Positions 41,176 to 52,081 are shown, counted from the stretch's first letter. The stretch: DNA of 64,000 nt from Candidatus Cloacimonadales bacterium (GCA_963678315.1 OY782781.1:320001-384000), one strand, 5' to 3'. Notes: generated by a model from the letters alone, not told the origin. A program made the numbers and translations.

Positions 41176-41809
41176 AGTTTCACCGTCAATATTATCTGCA
41201 GATTTTTCAATTCTAAAAGAAGATCTAAATAAAATTTCTGACGCAGGTGCTGATTTTTTACATATTGATGTTATGGATGGGCACTATGTACCTAATCTTA
41301 CATTTGGTAATCCTATCATCAGTAAGATTAATTCTTTTAGTAAAACACCATTAGATGTTCATTTAATGGTTACAAACCCTTCAGATTATTATACTTTTTT
41401 ATCTGAGTTAAATGTTGAAATGATTTCATTTCACCCTGCAACAGTTCATCATCTTCATAGAGAAATCTATAAGATTAAAGAATTAGGTATCAAAGCTGGC
41501 GTGGCTCTCAACCCAGGTGAATCAATTAGCCTTATTGAAGAGGTCTTACCTGATGTAGATTTCGTTCTCATTATGTCTGTTAATCCTGGATATGGAGGAC
41601 AGTCATTTATTAGCAATACTAGTCATAAAATTGAAAAGTTAAATGAAATTAGAAAGAATAATAATCTTACTTTTGAAATAGAGATTGACGGTGGAGTAAA
41701 TAACAATAATGTTTCCCTACTTAAGAAAGCGGGAGTTGACATCTTTGTAGCTGGGTCTTATGTATTTAAATCAAATGATTATGCGACTGCAATAAAAACT
41801 TTAAAGTAA
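41168..41809 (+). CDS. rpe: ribulose-phosphate 3-epimerase
   Basis: PSILSADF, HIDVMDGHYVPN, MSVNPGYGGQ, IDGG. Confidence 0.97.
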   Translation: MTKVSPSILSADFSILKEDLNKISDAGADFLHIDVMDGHYVPNLTFGNPIISKINSFSKTPLDVHLMVTNPSDYYTFLSELNVEMISFHPATVHHLHREIYKIKELGIKAGVALNPGESISLIEEVLPDVDFVLIMSVNPGYGGQSFISNTSHKIEKLNEIRKNNNLTFEIEIDGGVNNNNVSLLKKAGVDIFVAGSYVFKSNDYATAIKTLK

Positions 41810-41819
41810 CGGAGTAATT

Positions 41820-43205
41820 ATGTTTAACGATCTTTCAGATAGATTAGATAAAGTATTTAGAAATTTAAAAGGTAAAGGAAAGTTAACAGAAAAGAATATT
41901 AAAGATTCTTTACGTGAGATTAGAATGGCTCTTCTTGAAGCTGATGTTAACTATAAGATTGTTAAAAAGTTTGTTAAAGACATTGAAGAACAATGCCTAG
42001 GCCAAGAAGTAATGAAATCACTTACTCCTGGTCAACAAGTAGTTAAAATTGTTAATGATGAGCTTACAAAGTTAATGGATACAGAAAATTTTGAAGTTAA
42101 GCTCTACGATAATAAAATTAACAAAATCATGTTAGTTGGACTTCAAGGTTCAGGTAAGACTACAGCTTGTTCCAAGCTTGCTACTTTTTTTAGAAAAAAG
42201 AAAAACATCATGCCTGCAATGGTTGCATGTGATGTGTATAGACCTGCTGCGATTCACCAGCTTGAAGTATTAGGTAAAGAAATTGGTGTTCCTGTTCACA
42301 GTAATCTTGAAACAAAAGATGTTGTTAAAATAGCTAAAGATGCTCTACAGATAGCAGATTTAAAATCACAAAACTTAGTTATCTTTGATACTGCAGGACG
42401 ACTTCATATTGATGAAGAGATGATGGATGAAGTTTATCGTTTGAAAGACTTTGTTAAACCTGACTATATATTCTTTGTTGCTGATGCTATGACTGGTCAA
42501 GATGCTGTAAACGTTGCTAAAGAATTCAATGACAAACTGAACTTTGATGGTGTTATTCTAACTAAGTTAGATGGTGATTCTAGAGGTGGTGCTTCTTTAT
42601 CTATTAAGGCAGTTACAGGTAAGCCTGTTGCTTTTGTAGGTGTTGGTGAAAAACCAAGTGATTTAGAAGCTTTTTACGCTGATAGAATGGCTTCTCGTAT
42701 CCTGGGTATGGGTGATGTGTTAACGCTAATAGAAAAGGCTGAAACATCCCTTAATGAGCAAGAAGCAGAGAAGCTAGCTAAAAAGCTAAAGAAAAATCAG
42801 TTTGACTTAGATGATTTCTTAAAGCAGTTACAACAAATCAAGAAAATGGGTCCATTAGAAAACCTTTTAAAGCTTATACCGGGAGTTAACTCAAAAGCTC
42901 TTTCTGGGGCAAACTTGAGTGGTAAAGAACTAATTCATGTTGAAGCAATAATTACTTCTATGACCAAAAATGAACGTTCAGAACCAGCAATAATCAATGG
43001 TGCCAGAAGATTAAGAATTGCTAAAGGCTCTGGCCGTAGTGTGCAAGAGGTTAATAAACTTCTTAAACAATTCAAGCAAATGAAAGAAATGATTAAGAAG
43101 ATGAACAATCCTAAAATGATGAAGAAAATGGCTAAAATGGGTAAAGGTGGAATGCCAAATATTCCAGGTATGCCGAACATGCCTAAGATGCCTAATGACC
43201 AATAA
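41820..43205 (+). CDS. ffh: signal recognition particle protein
   Basis: GLQGSGKTT, DTAGR, TKLDGD, Met-rich M domain. Confidence 0.97.
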   Translation: MFNDLSDRLDKVFRNLKGKGKLTEKNIKDSLREIRMALLEADVNYKIVKKFVKDIEEQCLGQEVMKSLTPGQQVVKIVNDELTKLMDTENFEVKLYDNKINKIMLVGLQGSGKTTACSKLATFFRKKKNIMPAMVACDVYRPAAIHQLEVLGKEIGVPVHSNLETKDVVKIAKDALQIADLKSQNLVIFDTAGRLHIDEEMMDEVYRLKDFVKPDYIFFVADAMTGQDAVNVAKEFNDKLNFDGVILTKLDGDSRGGASLSIKAVTGKPVAFVGVGEKPSDLEAFYADRMASRILGMGDVLTLIEKAETSLNEQEAEKLAKKLKKNQFDLDDFLKQLQQIKKMGPLENLLKLIPGVNSKALSGANLSGKELIHVEAIITSMTKNERSEPAIINGARRLRIAKGSGRSVQEVNKLLKQFKQMKEMIKKMNNPKMMKKMAKMGKGGMPNIPGMPNMPKMPNDQ

Positions 43206-43231
43206 TCATTATAAAAACAAATAAATTTATC

Positions 43232-43261
43232 AAGCTGAGTAGTTTTCTACTCAGCTTTTTT
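43232..43261 (+). terminator. intrinsic terminator after ffh
   Basis: AAGCTGAGTAG/CTACTCAGCTT stem plus T-run. Confidence 0.85.
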
Positions 43262-43606
43262 GTTTATAAATTTCAACATTTTTCATAAACCCATTTGATG
43301 CTGTAGGCTTCACGTGAAGAGTGCAGATTTCGTCTAAGACAGACACAGTCTTTCAGCAAATAGCTTGCAGAATCCAAGCTTGAATAATATAATGCTATTT
43401 TTGAAGTTCTATAAAAAACTGAGCTATGCTAAAAAAGTAATTAAATTAGTTTGACAAAGTATCCAATTCTTATCTAAACTGTTTATAGTTTTGGAGGTGA
43501 TTATATAATCTTTTAAAATAGCAAGATACAATTAATAATTTCCAATACAAAAGATAAGAACATTTATGTATAGATTTAGTTACATTGATTTTTAATTGGA
43601 GGAAAC

Positions 43607-45430
43607 TTGCATACTGGCAAAAGAGTTATAATTTCTTTGATTTTTATTTTTTTATCGCTTACTTTATTTGGTTATACTAGAAATGAGATTGAGGACTTAA
43701 GAAAAAATAGTGAATGGATAGTTGGTTATGGTGAAAGCTATTCTGAACATAAGGCAGATGAGATGGCTATCAACGACTTGCTGTCACAGATAACAGTGCA
43801 AGTTGAAGCTTCATTTGAAAACATTGTTGAAGAAGAGAATGGCAAGGTTAGAGACTATTGTTTATCTGCACTTTCTACTTATTCTTCAGCTCGTTTAGAT
43901 GGTGCTGAGCGTAGTATATTTGAAGATGATGGAGAGTATATAGTCTATCGTTATATAAGGAAAGCTGATAAAAACCGAATCTTCGAGAATAGAGGTAAGC
44001 TAATAAAAGATTATGCAAGAAGAGGATTCCAAGCAGAGAAAGAACTAAGAATTGGTGATGCTCTAATGAACTATTATTGGTCATTAGTATTATTACGTAC
44101 CCATCCTGACTGGGATGTTATCGATGAAACTTTTGATTCTTGTCCTGAAACATTAATAACCTACCTTCCTGACCGTATTCGTAGAATATACAGCCTAATT
44201 GATTTAACTATCAGCAATAAACATTATGACAGTGATTATGATATTAGCCTGGTAGAAATCTCAGCTCTTTATAAGAATAGTCCCATTCGTAATCTTGATT
44301 TCAAGTTCTATCATGGTAATGATTGGTCTATGCCTGTTGGAGTATTCCAAGGTAAAGCTCCCCTAGAGTTTATGTGTAAGCTAGAAGACTTACCAGAAAC
44401 ATTGAAGCTAAATATAATGTATAATGACCCTCATAAAGCATCTCACAACAGAGATCTAAGAAATGTTCTTGATAATATGCCTTGTCCTGCTTTCAGGGAA
44501 GCAAGGTTTGAAATTAATCTTTCTTCAGCTTCTAAAAACAACAACTCAAATGTTTCTGTAAATGTATATAATTCAGGTGATAAGAGCCCTAACCCTAAGA
44601 TTTCTATTCTAGCTAAGAATATTATTAATACTATCAATAAAGGGGATATCGATTGTTTAGCTAAAGACCTTACTTCTAAGGGTAAAGCTGATTTCCAAGA
44701 TATATTACTCTATGGTCAGGCAAAAGCACTTTCTAAATCCTATAAGTTAAAGCTAGTAGAGTTTGGTGGAAAGACCTACCTAAAAGGAATTTCAGCTCAG
44801 TTTAGTTTCCCTAATAGTGATAGAAAATTTAGTGAAGAGCTTGTCTTTGTTCTTAATGATGAAGATAAAATCGATAAAGTTAATTTTGCTCTTTCTCCTG
44901 AAGCAGTAGATAATATTTTAGCTGGTCTGGTTGCTACTGATGAAGAAAAGTTTCAAATTATACAGTTTATTGAAGAGTATAAAACTGCTTATTGCACAGA
45001 AGATGTAGAACTTATTGAAAAGATATTTGATGACAATGCTCTCATTATTGTAGGTCAGATGGTTGAAGATACAGATGAAAATATTGACAGTATGTACAGA
45101 ACCTTAGGACGTAAATGGCGTCCAATGAAGTATTCTAAAAAGCAGTATATAAGAAATCTGAAATCAGTCTTTAGTGGTAATGAATATGTGAATATCCACT
45201 TTGAAGATAATAAAGTATCTAGAGTAAATAGTAAGACTAAAAAGATCTTTGGTATTCAGATTCATCAGTATTACTATAGTCAAAACTACTCTGATGAAGG
45301 TTTTCTTTTCTTAATGTTTGATTTAACTGAAATTAAGAATCCAAAAATATATGTTCGTACTTGGCAACCTGAAAAGAATCCTGATGGAACAGTCTATGGA
45401 TTGGAAGATTTCTATCTTCCTAAAAGATAG
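43607..45430 (+). CDS. secreted protein with an LPP20-like N-terminal domain and an NTF2-like C-terminal region
   Basis: GGAGGA RBS plus TTG, signal peptide, GYGES..AD.MA..DLLSQI.V.V motif; YKTAY, IIVG, YSDEGFLFL, IYVRTWQP. Confidence 0.65.
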   Translation: MHTGKRVIISLIFIFLSLTLFGYTRNEIEDLRKNSEWIVGYGESYSEHKADEMAINDLLSQITVQVEASFENIVEEENGKVRDYCLSALSTYSSARLDGAERSIFEDDGEYIVYRYIRKADKNRIFENRGKLIKDYARRGFQAEKELRIGDALMNYYWSLVLLRTHPDWDVIDETFDSCPETLITYLPDRIRRIYSLIDLTISNKHYDSDYDISLVEISALYKNSPIRNLDFKFYHGNDWSMPVGVFQGKAPLEFMCKLEDLPETLKLNIMYNDPHKASHNRDLRNVLDNMPCPAFREARFEINLSSASKNNNSNVSVNVYNSGDKSPNPKISILAKNIINTINKGDIDCLAKDLTSKGKADFQDILLYGQAKALSKSYKLKLVEFGGKTYLKGISAQFSFPNSDRKFSEELVFVLNDEDKIDKVNFALSPEAVDNILAGLVATDEEKFQIIQFIEEYKTAYCTEDVELIEKIFDDNALIIVGQMVEDTDENIDSMYRTLGRKWRPMKYSKKQYIRNLKSVFSGNEYVNIHFEDNKVSRVNSKTKKIFGIQIHQYYYSQNYSDEGFLFLMFDLTEIKNPKIYVRTWQPEKNPDGTVYGLEDFYLPKR

Positions 45431-45513
45431 TATTACAAAGGGTATATGTTTTTAGCTAAGATATACTCAATCTATAAAAAGAAAAAGTTTTTTTACATAT
45501 ATGTGGAGGTAAT

Positions 45514-45612
45514 GTGAAATTTAAATTTGTGATTATATTATTGTTTTTAACTTCTTTAATTTGTGCTTCTGAAATGCTTATTAGAAAGCATTTATACGAT
45601 TTATGTCTTTAG
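45514..45612 (+). pseudogene. truncated duplicate of the PEGA gene 5' end (signal peptide only)
   Basis: 45451-45594 nearly repeats 45703-45845 (upstream region, RBS, GTG and about 27 codons), then a stop at 45610-45612. Confidence 0.8.
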
Positions 45613-45764
45613 TTTTTGCTTTGTTTTTTCAAAAACAAATCGGTAATAGCTTGGGTGAATCTTTTTTGCTGAAGACGTATTTTAATACTTCGAAGTAAAA
45701 GATTTAGCTAAGATATACCGAATCTATAAAAAGAAAAAGTTTTTTACATATATGTGGAGGTAAT

Positions 45765-47753
45765 GTGAAACTAAAACTTGTGATTATATTATTGTTTTTA
45801 ACTTCTTTAATTTGTGCTTCTGAAATGGTTATTAGCAAGCATTTAACAGAAGAACTTGGAGACCTAACCTTAAGGCAATCTCCCAAGACCGACATGAGTG
45901 GTAACCGGTGTGCTCTCATAAAGGTAAGTACAGATTTACTTCCTTTCGATGAGATAGAATCAAACAAAACACCTGTTGCTATCGAGAACAAGATAGGTGA
46001 AGTGTGGATATATCTTTCCCCTGGTGATAAAAGGCTATATTTCAATAAAAAGGGGTATGCTCGCTACAAGTATGATATACCTCTCAATTTAAAGAGCAAT
46101 GTTGTATATTCTCTAACAATCTTAGGCAAGGGCAATAACGTAGAATCTATTGATAATGTTGTAGATTTAATATTTAACTTGAACCAAGATGGGGTTCTAA
46201 TTACTAGAAATGGGAAAGCTCCTATTAAGGCTACTTCTAAGACTGTACAATTTAGTTTAGCAAGAGGAAAGCACAGCTTCAAATTCGAGAAACCTGGTTT
46301 TATAACGATGGGAAAGGATATTGAAGTCTCAAAAGATGAACTTGTAAATATTGATATGCAAAAAGGTTCTTCTGAGGTTAGCTTCACTTCTCCCGGTATT
46401 GTTATCATTCATTCTGATCCTCAAGGAGCTCAAGTAGAGCTAAATGGACAGCTAGTTGGTAATACTCTTGGCGCTTATCAAGGTCTTCATTATGCCGGTG
46501 ATTATACTCTTACTCTCAAAAAGAAGATGTATCATTCTATCTCAAAAACTTTTAATCTTAATTCAGGGGAAACACTAGAAATCCCTTCAATAAAACTAAA
46601 ACCAAAGTTTGGCTACTGGCAAGTATCAACAAATCCCCCAGGGGCGGACATATATCTAGATGAAAAGCTGGTCGGCAAGAGTCCTCTTGACAAAGCTAAA
46701 ATACCTAGCGGGAATCATACTCTCAGAATTTCTAATGACAGATACAAGACACACCAAGAGTCTTTTGAAGTTAAAGATGGTGACCAAGCAGAGTTTGATT
46801 TAGACCTTCAAGCTAACTTTGCTAGAGTAGAGATTAACTCTGCTCCTGAAGATGGAGCCACTGTCTTTATTGATAATGTTGAAGTAGGGCAAACACCTTA
46901 TGTAGATGAAATGATGCTTGCAGGGACTTATGATGTTAGAATAGAAAAAGACCTTTGGAGTGGTTCCAGTGAGACCATAACCGTAAGCCCAAGTAGCCCA
47001 ATCAAAGAACTTCTAATCCTAACTAAAAACTTCGGTACCCTTGTGGTAAATGCTCCCAAGTCTACAATCTTTTTGGATGGAGTTCAAGTAGCTAATGATA
47101 GCTTTACAAGAAACTTAGTTGCTGGAAACTATAAGATTCGTGTTGAAAAAGATAAACATAAAACTATTGAGAAAAACATCTTTGTTAATATTGGAGAAAC
47201 TACTACTGAGGATATCAATCCAAGTCCTATCCTAGCTTCTATATCAGTTTTTGCAGTTGATAAGAGAGCTCCTGAAAATAAGATTATAGGTGCTGATATC
47301 TATGTAGATAATGAGAAGACAGACAAGAAAACACCTTCTGTAATGGAGATGCTCTACGGAAAATATAATATTACTCTGCAACATCCTAAATATCTAGAAC
47401 TTACCAAAAGTGTCTCTCTTAAAGAAGGAGATACTAAAACTATTACCTTTGAGTTAGATACCTATTCAGGCTCGTTAACAGCTAAAAGAGATACTTGGAA
47501 AACTCAAACTTACTTAGGCTTAATTTCTACTGCTCTCATTGTAGGTGGAGGTCTCTATTGCAATAAGATTGCTAATGACAACTTTGATATTTATGAAAGC
47601 ACTTATAATACTACTGAAGCTATTGATGCTAGATCCAGAACCGAAGACTTTGAAAACTACCGTGATTACTGTTACTACTCAGCCTCGGTTACGACTGCCT
47701 ATACTGTCTTTAGTTGGATTAAAACATTAATCTATGGCAGTGAGTTAAAATAA
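45765..47753 (+). CDS. secreted multi-PEGA-domain protein with C-terminal membrane segment
   Basis: Repeated SxPxGAxVxxxG..GxTP PEGA motifs, N-terminal DMSGNRCALIKV domain, hydrophobic C-terminus. Confidence 0.88.
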   Translation: MKLKLVIILLFLTSLICASEMVISKHLTEELGDLTLRQSPKTDMSGNRCALIKVSTDLLPFDEIESNKTPVAIENKIGEVWIYLSPGDKRLYFNKKGYARYKYDIPLNLKSNVVYSLTILGKGNNVESIDNVVDLIFNLNQDGVLITRNGKAPIKATSKTVQFSLARGKHSFKFEKPGFITMGKDIEVSKDELVNIDMQKGSSEVSFTSPGIVIIHSDPQGAQVELNGQLVGNTLGAYQGLHYAGDYTLTLKKKMYHSISKTFNLNSGETLEIPSIKLKPKFGYWQVSTNPPGADIYLDEKLVGKSPLDKAKIPSGNHTLRISNDRYKTHQESFEVKDGDQAEFDLDLQANFARVEINSAPEDGATVFIDNVEVGQTPYVDEMMLAGTYDVRIEKDLWSGSSETITVSPSSPIKELLILTKNFGTLVVNAPKSTIFLDGVQVANDSFTRNLVAGNYKIRVEKDKHKTIEKNIFVNIGETTTEDINPSPILASISVFAVDKRAPENKIIGADIYVDNEKTDKKTPSVMEMLYGKYNITLQHPKYLELTKSVSLKEGDTKTITFELDTYSGSLTAKRDTWKTQTYLGLISTALIVGGGLYCNKIANDNFDIYESTYNTTEAIDARSRTEDFENYRDYCYYSASVTTAYTVFSWIKTLIYGSELK

Positions 47754-47766
47754 GGAGCTTACTATT

Positions 47767-50760
47767 ATGAAATATATGATTAAAATTGTGATTACTTTAA
47801 GCCTTTTGCTTGTACTCTCATGTGATGACCATGAGTTTAAGAACCCTGCTGATTTAGAAACAGGGGTTGAACTTACAGGACCAGTTGAATTTAGCGTTGA
47901 GCAGTTAACTGTCACTTCATGTGAGTTATCTTGGGCATTTAATGGTAATATTGCAATAGGTTTCAAAATAGATAGGAAACAGGATGATGAAGATTGGCTT
48001 GTAGCTTATAAAACATTAAATATCGATAAATTGAATTTTACTGACACTGATTTAAAGGCTACTTCCTCTTATAAATATAAGGTTTATGCTTTTGTTGGTG
48101 ATAACAACTCTAGTAGTATGCAAGAAGAAATAGCAATGACTTTCCCAGCTCCAACCGACTTAGATCTTTCCCAAGCTTCAGTTACATCCTGCCAGTTAAA
48201 CTGGTCTGATAACAGCAATGGAGAAGAAGGATTTAAGATTGACCGTAAGAAAGATGACCAAGATTGGGTTATTGCTTATCAAAGCTTGGATGCTAATCAA
48301 GAATCTTATTCTGATAATGAATTAGAAGCCAGAGCAAGCTATCAATATAGAGTATATGCCTTTGTTGATGATAATACTTCTAATAGTAGCCAAGAAGAAA
48401 TAGCAATGATTTTTCCAGCTCCAACCGACTTAGTTCTTTCTCAAACTTCTGTTACATCCTGCAAGTTAACTTGGTCTGATAACAGCAATGGAGAAGAAGG
48501 TTTTAAGATAGACCGTAAAAAAGATGACCAAGATTGGATTATAGGCTATCAAAGCTTGGATGCTAACCAAGAAACTTATATCGATGATAGTTTGGAAATA
48601 AATTCAACTTATTCTTATAGAGTATATGGTTTTAACAATGATGTATCTTCGAATAGTACTATAAATAATACTGTTATCTTATTCAATGGTCCTGATAGAT
48701 TGTTGATCAATAGAGAATCAATTAGTTCATGTAGCCTTTGGTGGAATGATAACAGCAATGGAGAAGATGGCTTCAAAATCGATAGAAAGAAAGGTAATGA
48801 AGAATGGCAAATGAATTATCAAATTTTAAATGAAGATGTTCGTGTCTTTAATGATGAAAATTTAGAAGTTAATCAAGTTTACCAATATAGAGTTAGAGCT
48901 TATTTCGAAGATTTTGAAACAGATGCTGTATTGAACTCAATATCTATGGAGTTCAATAGCCCAACTAACCTTGAAGTGGTGCAACAGTCAATAGCATCAT
49001 GTGATTTATCTTGGAATGATAACACTGCCTATGAAGACGGGTATATTGTAGATAGGAAGAAAGATGATGATGATTGGAATATTGGCTATAAAATGCTTAA
49101 TGTAAATGTGAATGGTTTTGTTGATGAAGAGTTAGAACCATATTCATTATATAGTTATAGAGTTTATGCTTACACTGATAATTTTACTTCTAATTTTAGT
49201 TCTAATGAAATCAGTATGACTTTTCCAGCTCTCAGTGACTTAGAAGTTAGCCAAACTTCGCTTTCATCATGCCAGCTAATCTGGTCTGATAACAGCAATG
49301 GTGAAGATGGTTTTAAGATTGACCGTAAGCAAGATGATCAAGATTGGATTATAGGCTATCAAAGCTTGGATGCTAATCAAGAATCATTTGTAGACACAGA
49401 GTTAGAAATTAGTGCAAACTATCAGTATAGAGTATATGCTTTTTTGGGAGATAATAATTCTAATAGTAGTCAGGAAGAAATATTATTGATTATTCCTGCA
49501 CCTAGTGACTTAGATATTATTCAAACTTCGCTTTCATCATGCCAATTAATCTGGTCTGATAACAGCAATGGTGAAGAAGGATTTAAATTTGACCGCAAAA
49601 AAGATGATCAAGATTGGATTATAGGCTATCAAAACTTGGATGCTAATCAAGAATCATTTGTAGACACAGAGTTAGAAATTAGTGCGAACTATCAGTATAG
49701 AGTATATGCTTTTTTGGGAGATAATAATTCTAATAGTAGTCAGGAAGAATTATTAATGATTATTCCTGCACCTAGTGACTTAGAAATTATTCAAACTTCG
49801 CCTACATCATGCCAGTTAATCTGGTCTGATAACAGCAATGGTGAAGAAGGATTTAAAATTGACCGCAAAAAAGATGATCAAGATTGGATTATAGGCTATC
49901 AAAGCTTGGATGCTAATCAAGAATCATATACTGATGATGATTTAGAAACTAATTCTATCTATCATTACAGGATGTGTGCTTTTTCGGGTAATAGTAATTC
50001 AGATTATGTTGAAGAATCTATCAATACTCTCTATGGAAATCTTATCTTTGTAGAAGGTGACACTTTTACAATGGGAGACCATTTCAATGAAGGTGGTAGT
50101 AGTGAACTCCCACTCCACCAAGTTACAATAAATTCTTTTTATATTGGTAAGTATGAAGTAACCCAAGCTGAGTATCAAATAATGATGGAAGAAAATCCAA
50201 GTTCATTTTTAGGTTCAGTTAAGCCTGTAGAATCAGTAACTTGGTATAATGCTGTTGAATATTGTAATGCTAGAAGTCTTCAAGAAGGTTTAACACCATG
50301 TTATGATACATCAGATTGGTCTTGTGACTTTACAGCTAATGGTTATAGGCTACCTACTGAAGCTGAGTGGGAGTATGCAGCCCGTGGGGGTGTAAATCAT
50401 GTAGATGATTATAGATATAGCGGTTGTCATAATGAAGCTGATTTAACTGATTATGCCTGGTATTCTGCTAATTCAAATAGTCAAACCCATGAAGTTGGCA
50501 ATAAAAACCCTAATCAACTTGGTATCTATGATATGTCTGGAAATGTTATGGAGTGGTGTAATGACTGGTATGATTCAGATTACTACAGCTCTTCTCCAAG
50601 TGACAACCCAAATGGACCTAATAGTGGTTCTTATCGCATCTTAAGAGGTGGGGCTTGGATCTTTAGTGCCAGATATTGTTCTGTTGCTAGTCGTAGAAAC
50701 AACGATCCTGACATCAATTACCACGGTATAGGCTTTCGCCTAGTCCGTTCTTTAGATTAA
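47767..50760 (+). CDS. lipoprotein with 8 FN3-like repeats and a C-terminal FGE-sulfatase/C-type-lectin domain
   Basis: Lipobox VLSC; eight ~90-aa WSDNSNGEEGFKIDRK repeats (270-bp period); FTMG, YRLPTEAEWEYAARGG, YDMSGNV, RGGAW..GFRLV. Confidence 0.92.
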   Translation: MKYMIKIVITLSLLLVLSCDDHEFKNPADLETGVELTGPVEFSVEQLTVTSCELSWAFNGNIAIGFKIDRKQDDEDWLVAYKTLNIDKLNFTDTDLKATSSYKYKVYAFVGDNNSSSMQEEIAMTFPAPTDLDLSQASVTSCQLNWSDNSNGEEGFKIDRKKDDQDWVIAYQSLDANQESYSDNELEARASYQYRVYAFVDDNTSNSSQEEIAMIFPAPTDLVLSQTSVTSCKLTWSDNSNGEEGFKIDRKKDDQDWIIGYQSLDANQETYIDDSLEINSTYSYRVYGFNNDVSSNSTINNTVILFNGPDRLLINRESISSCSLWWNDNSNGEDGFKIDRKKGNEEWQMNYQILNEDVRVFNDENLEVNQVYQYRVRAYFEDFETDAVLNSISMEFNSPTNLEVVQQSIASCDLSWNDNTAYEDGYIVDRKKDDDDWNIGYKMLNVNVNGFVDEELEPYSLYSYRVYAYTDNFTSNFSSNEISMTFPALSDLEVSQTSLSSCQLIWSDNSNGEDGFKIDRKQDDQDWIIGYQSLDANQESFVDTELEISANYQYRVYAFLGDNNSNSSQEEILLIIPAPSDLDIIQTSLSSCQLIWSDNSNGEEGFKFDRKKDDQDWIIGYQNLDANQESFVDTELEISANYQYRVYAFLGDNNSNSSQEELLMIIPAPSDLEIIQTSPTSCQLIWSDNSNGEEGFKIDRKKDDQDWIIGYQSLDANQESYTDDDLETNSIYHYRMCAFSGNSNSDYVEESINTLYGNLIFVEGDTFTMGDHFNEGGSSELPLHQVTINSFYIGKYEVTQAEYQIMMEENPSSFLGSVKPVESVTWYNAVEYCNARSLQEGLTPCYDTSDWSCDFTANGYRLPTEAEWEYAARGGVNHVDDYRYSGCHNEADLTDYAWYSANSNSQTHEVGNKNPNQLGIYDMSGNVMEWCNDWYDSDYYSSSPSDNPNGPNSGSYRILRGGAWIFSARYCSVASRRNNDPDINYHGIGFRLVRSLD

Positions 50761-50843
50761 TCTTGATCTATGAAACATATAGGTTTGGCAAAGTAACTTC
50801 TGCAAGATATGGAAGACCATTTAATCTAATAGTACTTCTCAAA

Positions 50844-50989
50844 CTGTTGATGCTAGAACCAGAACCAAAGACTTTGAAAATACCGTGATTTGAGCTACTA
50901 CTCAGCCTCGGTTACGACTGTCTATACTGTCTTTAATCGGATTAGAACGTTAATCTATGGCAATAAATTAAAACAAGGAGCATGCTATT
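50844..50989 (+). pseudogene. degenerate copy of the PEGA gene 3' end
   Basis: Matches 47620-47766 (e.g. TACTACTCAGCCTCGGTTACGACTG) with indels. Confidence 0.8.
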
Positions 50990-52081
50990 ATGAAATATAT
51001 AACTAAATTTATGATTACTTTAAGCCTACTTTTTATTCTCTCATGTGATGACCATGAGTTTAAGAATATAGTTGATCCCAATGCAGATTTCCCAGCTCCA
51101 ACCGACTTAGATCATTATCAAACTTCGCTTACATCATGTCTGTTAAGCTGGACTGATAACAGTAATGGAGAAGAAGGTTTTAAGATTGACCGTAAAAAAG
51201 ATGACCAAGATTGGGTTATTGGCTATCAAAGCTTGGATGCAAATCAAGAATCTTTTGTAGATACAAATTTAGAATTTACATCAACCTATCAGTATAGAGT
51301 ATATGCTTTTGTTATTGATAATTATTCAGCTTATGCTGAAGATACCATAGCTATTTTAGATGAAACTTTGGTTTTTATCCAAGGTGGAACCTTCATAATG
51401 GGAGATCACTTCAATGAAGGTGACAGTGACGAGTTACCTACTCATCAAGTAACCCTTTCTTCTTTTATTATTTGTAAACATGAAGTAACCCAAGCAGAGT
51501 ATGAGGTACTTATGAGTAACAATCCCAGCTATTCTTATGATCATGATAAACCTGTAGAATCAGTTACTTGGTATAATGCAGTTGAATATTGTAATGCTAG
51601 AAGTCTTCAAGAAGGTTTAACACCATGTTATAATACATCAGATTGGTCTTGTGACTTTACAGCTAATGGATATAGGCTACCTACTGAAGCTGAGTGGGAG
51701 TATGCAGCCCGTGGTGGTATAAATCATGTAGATGGCTATAGATATAGTGGTTGTCATAATGAAGGTGGCTTAACTTATTGTGCCTGGTATTCTGCTAACT
51801 CAGATAGTCAAACTCATGAAGTTGGGTCCAAAAATCCAAATCAACTTGGTATCTATGATATGTCTGGTAATGTCTTGGAATGGTGTAATGGCTGGTATGG
51901 GGTTTATACTTCTTCAGCTCAAACTAATCCGACAGGACCTTCTAACGGGTCATACCGCATAGCACGTGGTGGTGGCTGGAGCTACAATGCTTGCGACTGC
52001 CGTGTTGCTAATCGTCATGGCTACTATCCTACTTACAGCAGTGGTTACGTAGGCTTTCGCCTAGTCCGTTCTTTATATTAA
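50990..52081 (+). CDS. lipoprotein with one FN3-like repeat and an FGE-sulfatase/C-type-lectin domain (paralog of 47767..50760)
   Basis: Lipobox ILSC; same SCDDHEFKN start; near-identical FGE core; divergent C-terminus. Confidence 0.92.
   Translation: MKYITKFMITLSLLFILSCDDHEFKNIVDPNADFPAPTDLDHYQTSLTSCLLSWTDNSNGEEGFKIDRKKDDQDWVIGYQSLDANQESFVDTNLEFTSTYQYRVYAFVIDNYSAYAEDTIAILDETLVFIQGGTFIMGDHFNEGDSDELPTHQVTLSSFIICKHEVTQAEYEVLMSNNPSYSYDHDKPVESVTWYNAVEYCNARSLQEGLTPCYNTSDWSCDFTANGYRLPTEAEWEYAARGGINHVDGYRYSGCHNEGGLTYCAWYSANSDSQTHEVGSKNPNQLGIYDMSGNVLEWCNGWYGVYTSSAQTNPTGPSNGSYRIARGGGWSYNACDCRVANRHGYYPTYSSGYVGFRLVRSLY

Noticed and set aside
43206..43606. SRP RNA (ffs) next to ffh
   Set aside because: The conserved domain IV motif (CAGG...GGAAG..AGCAG) is not visible
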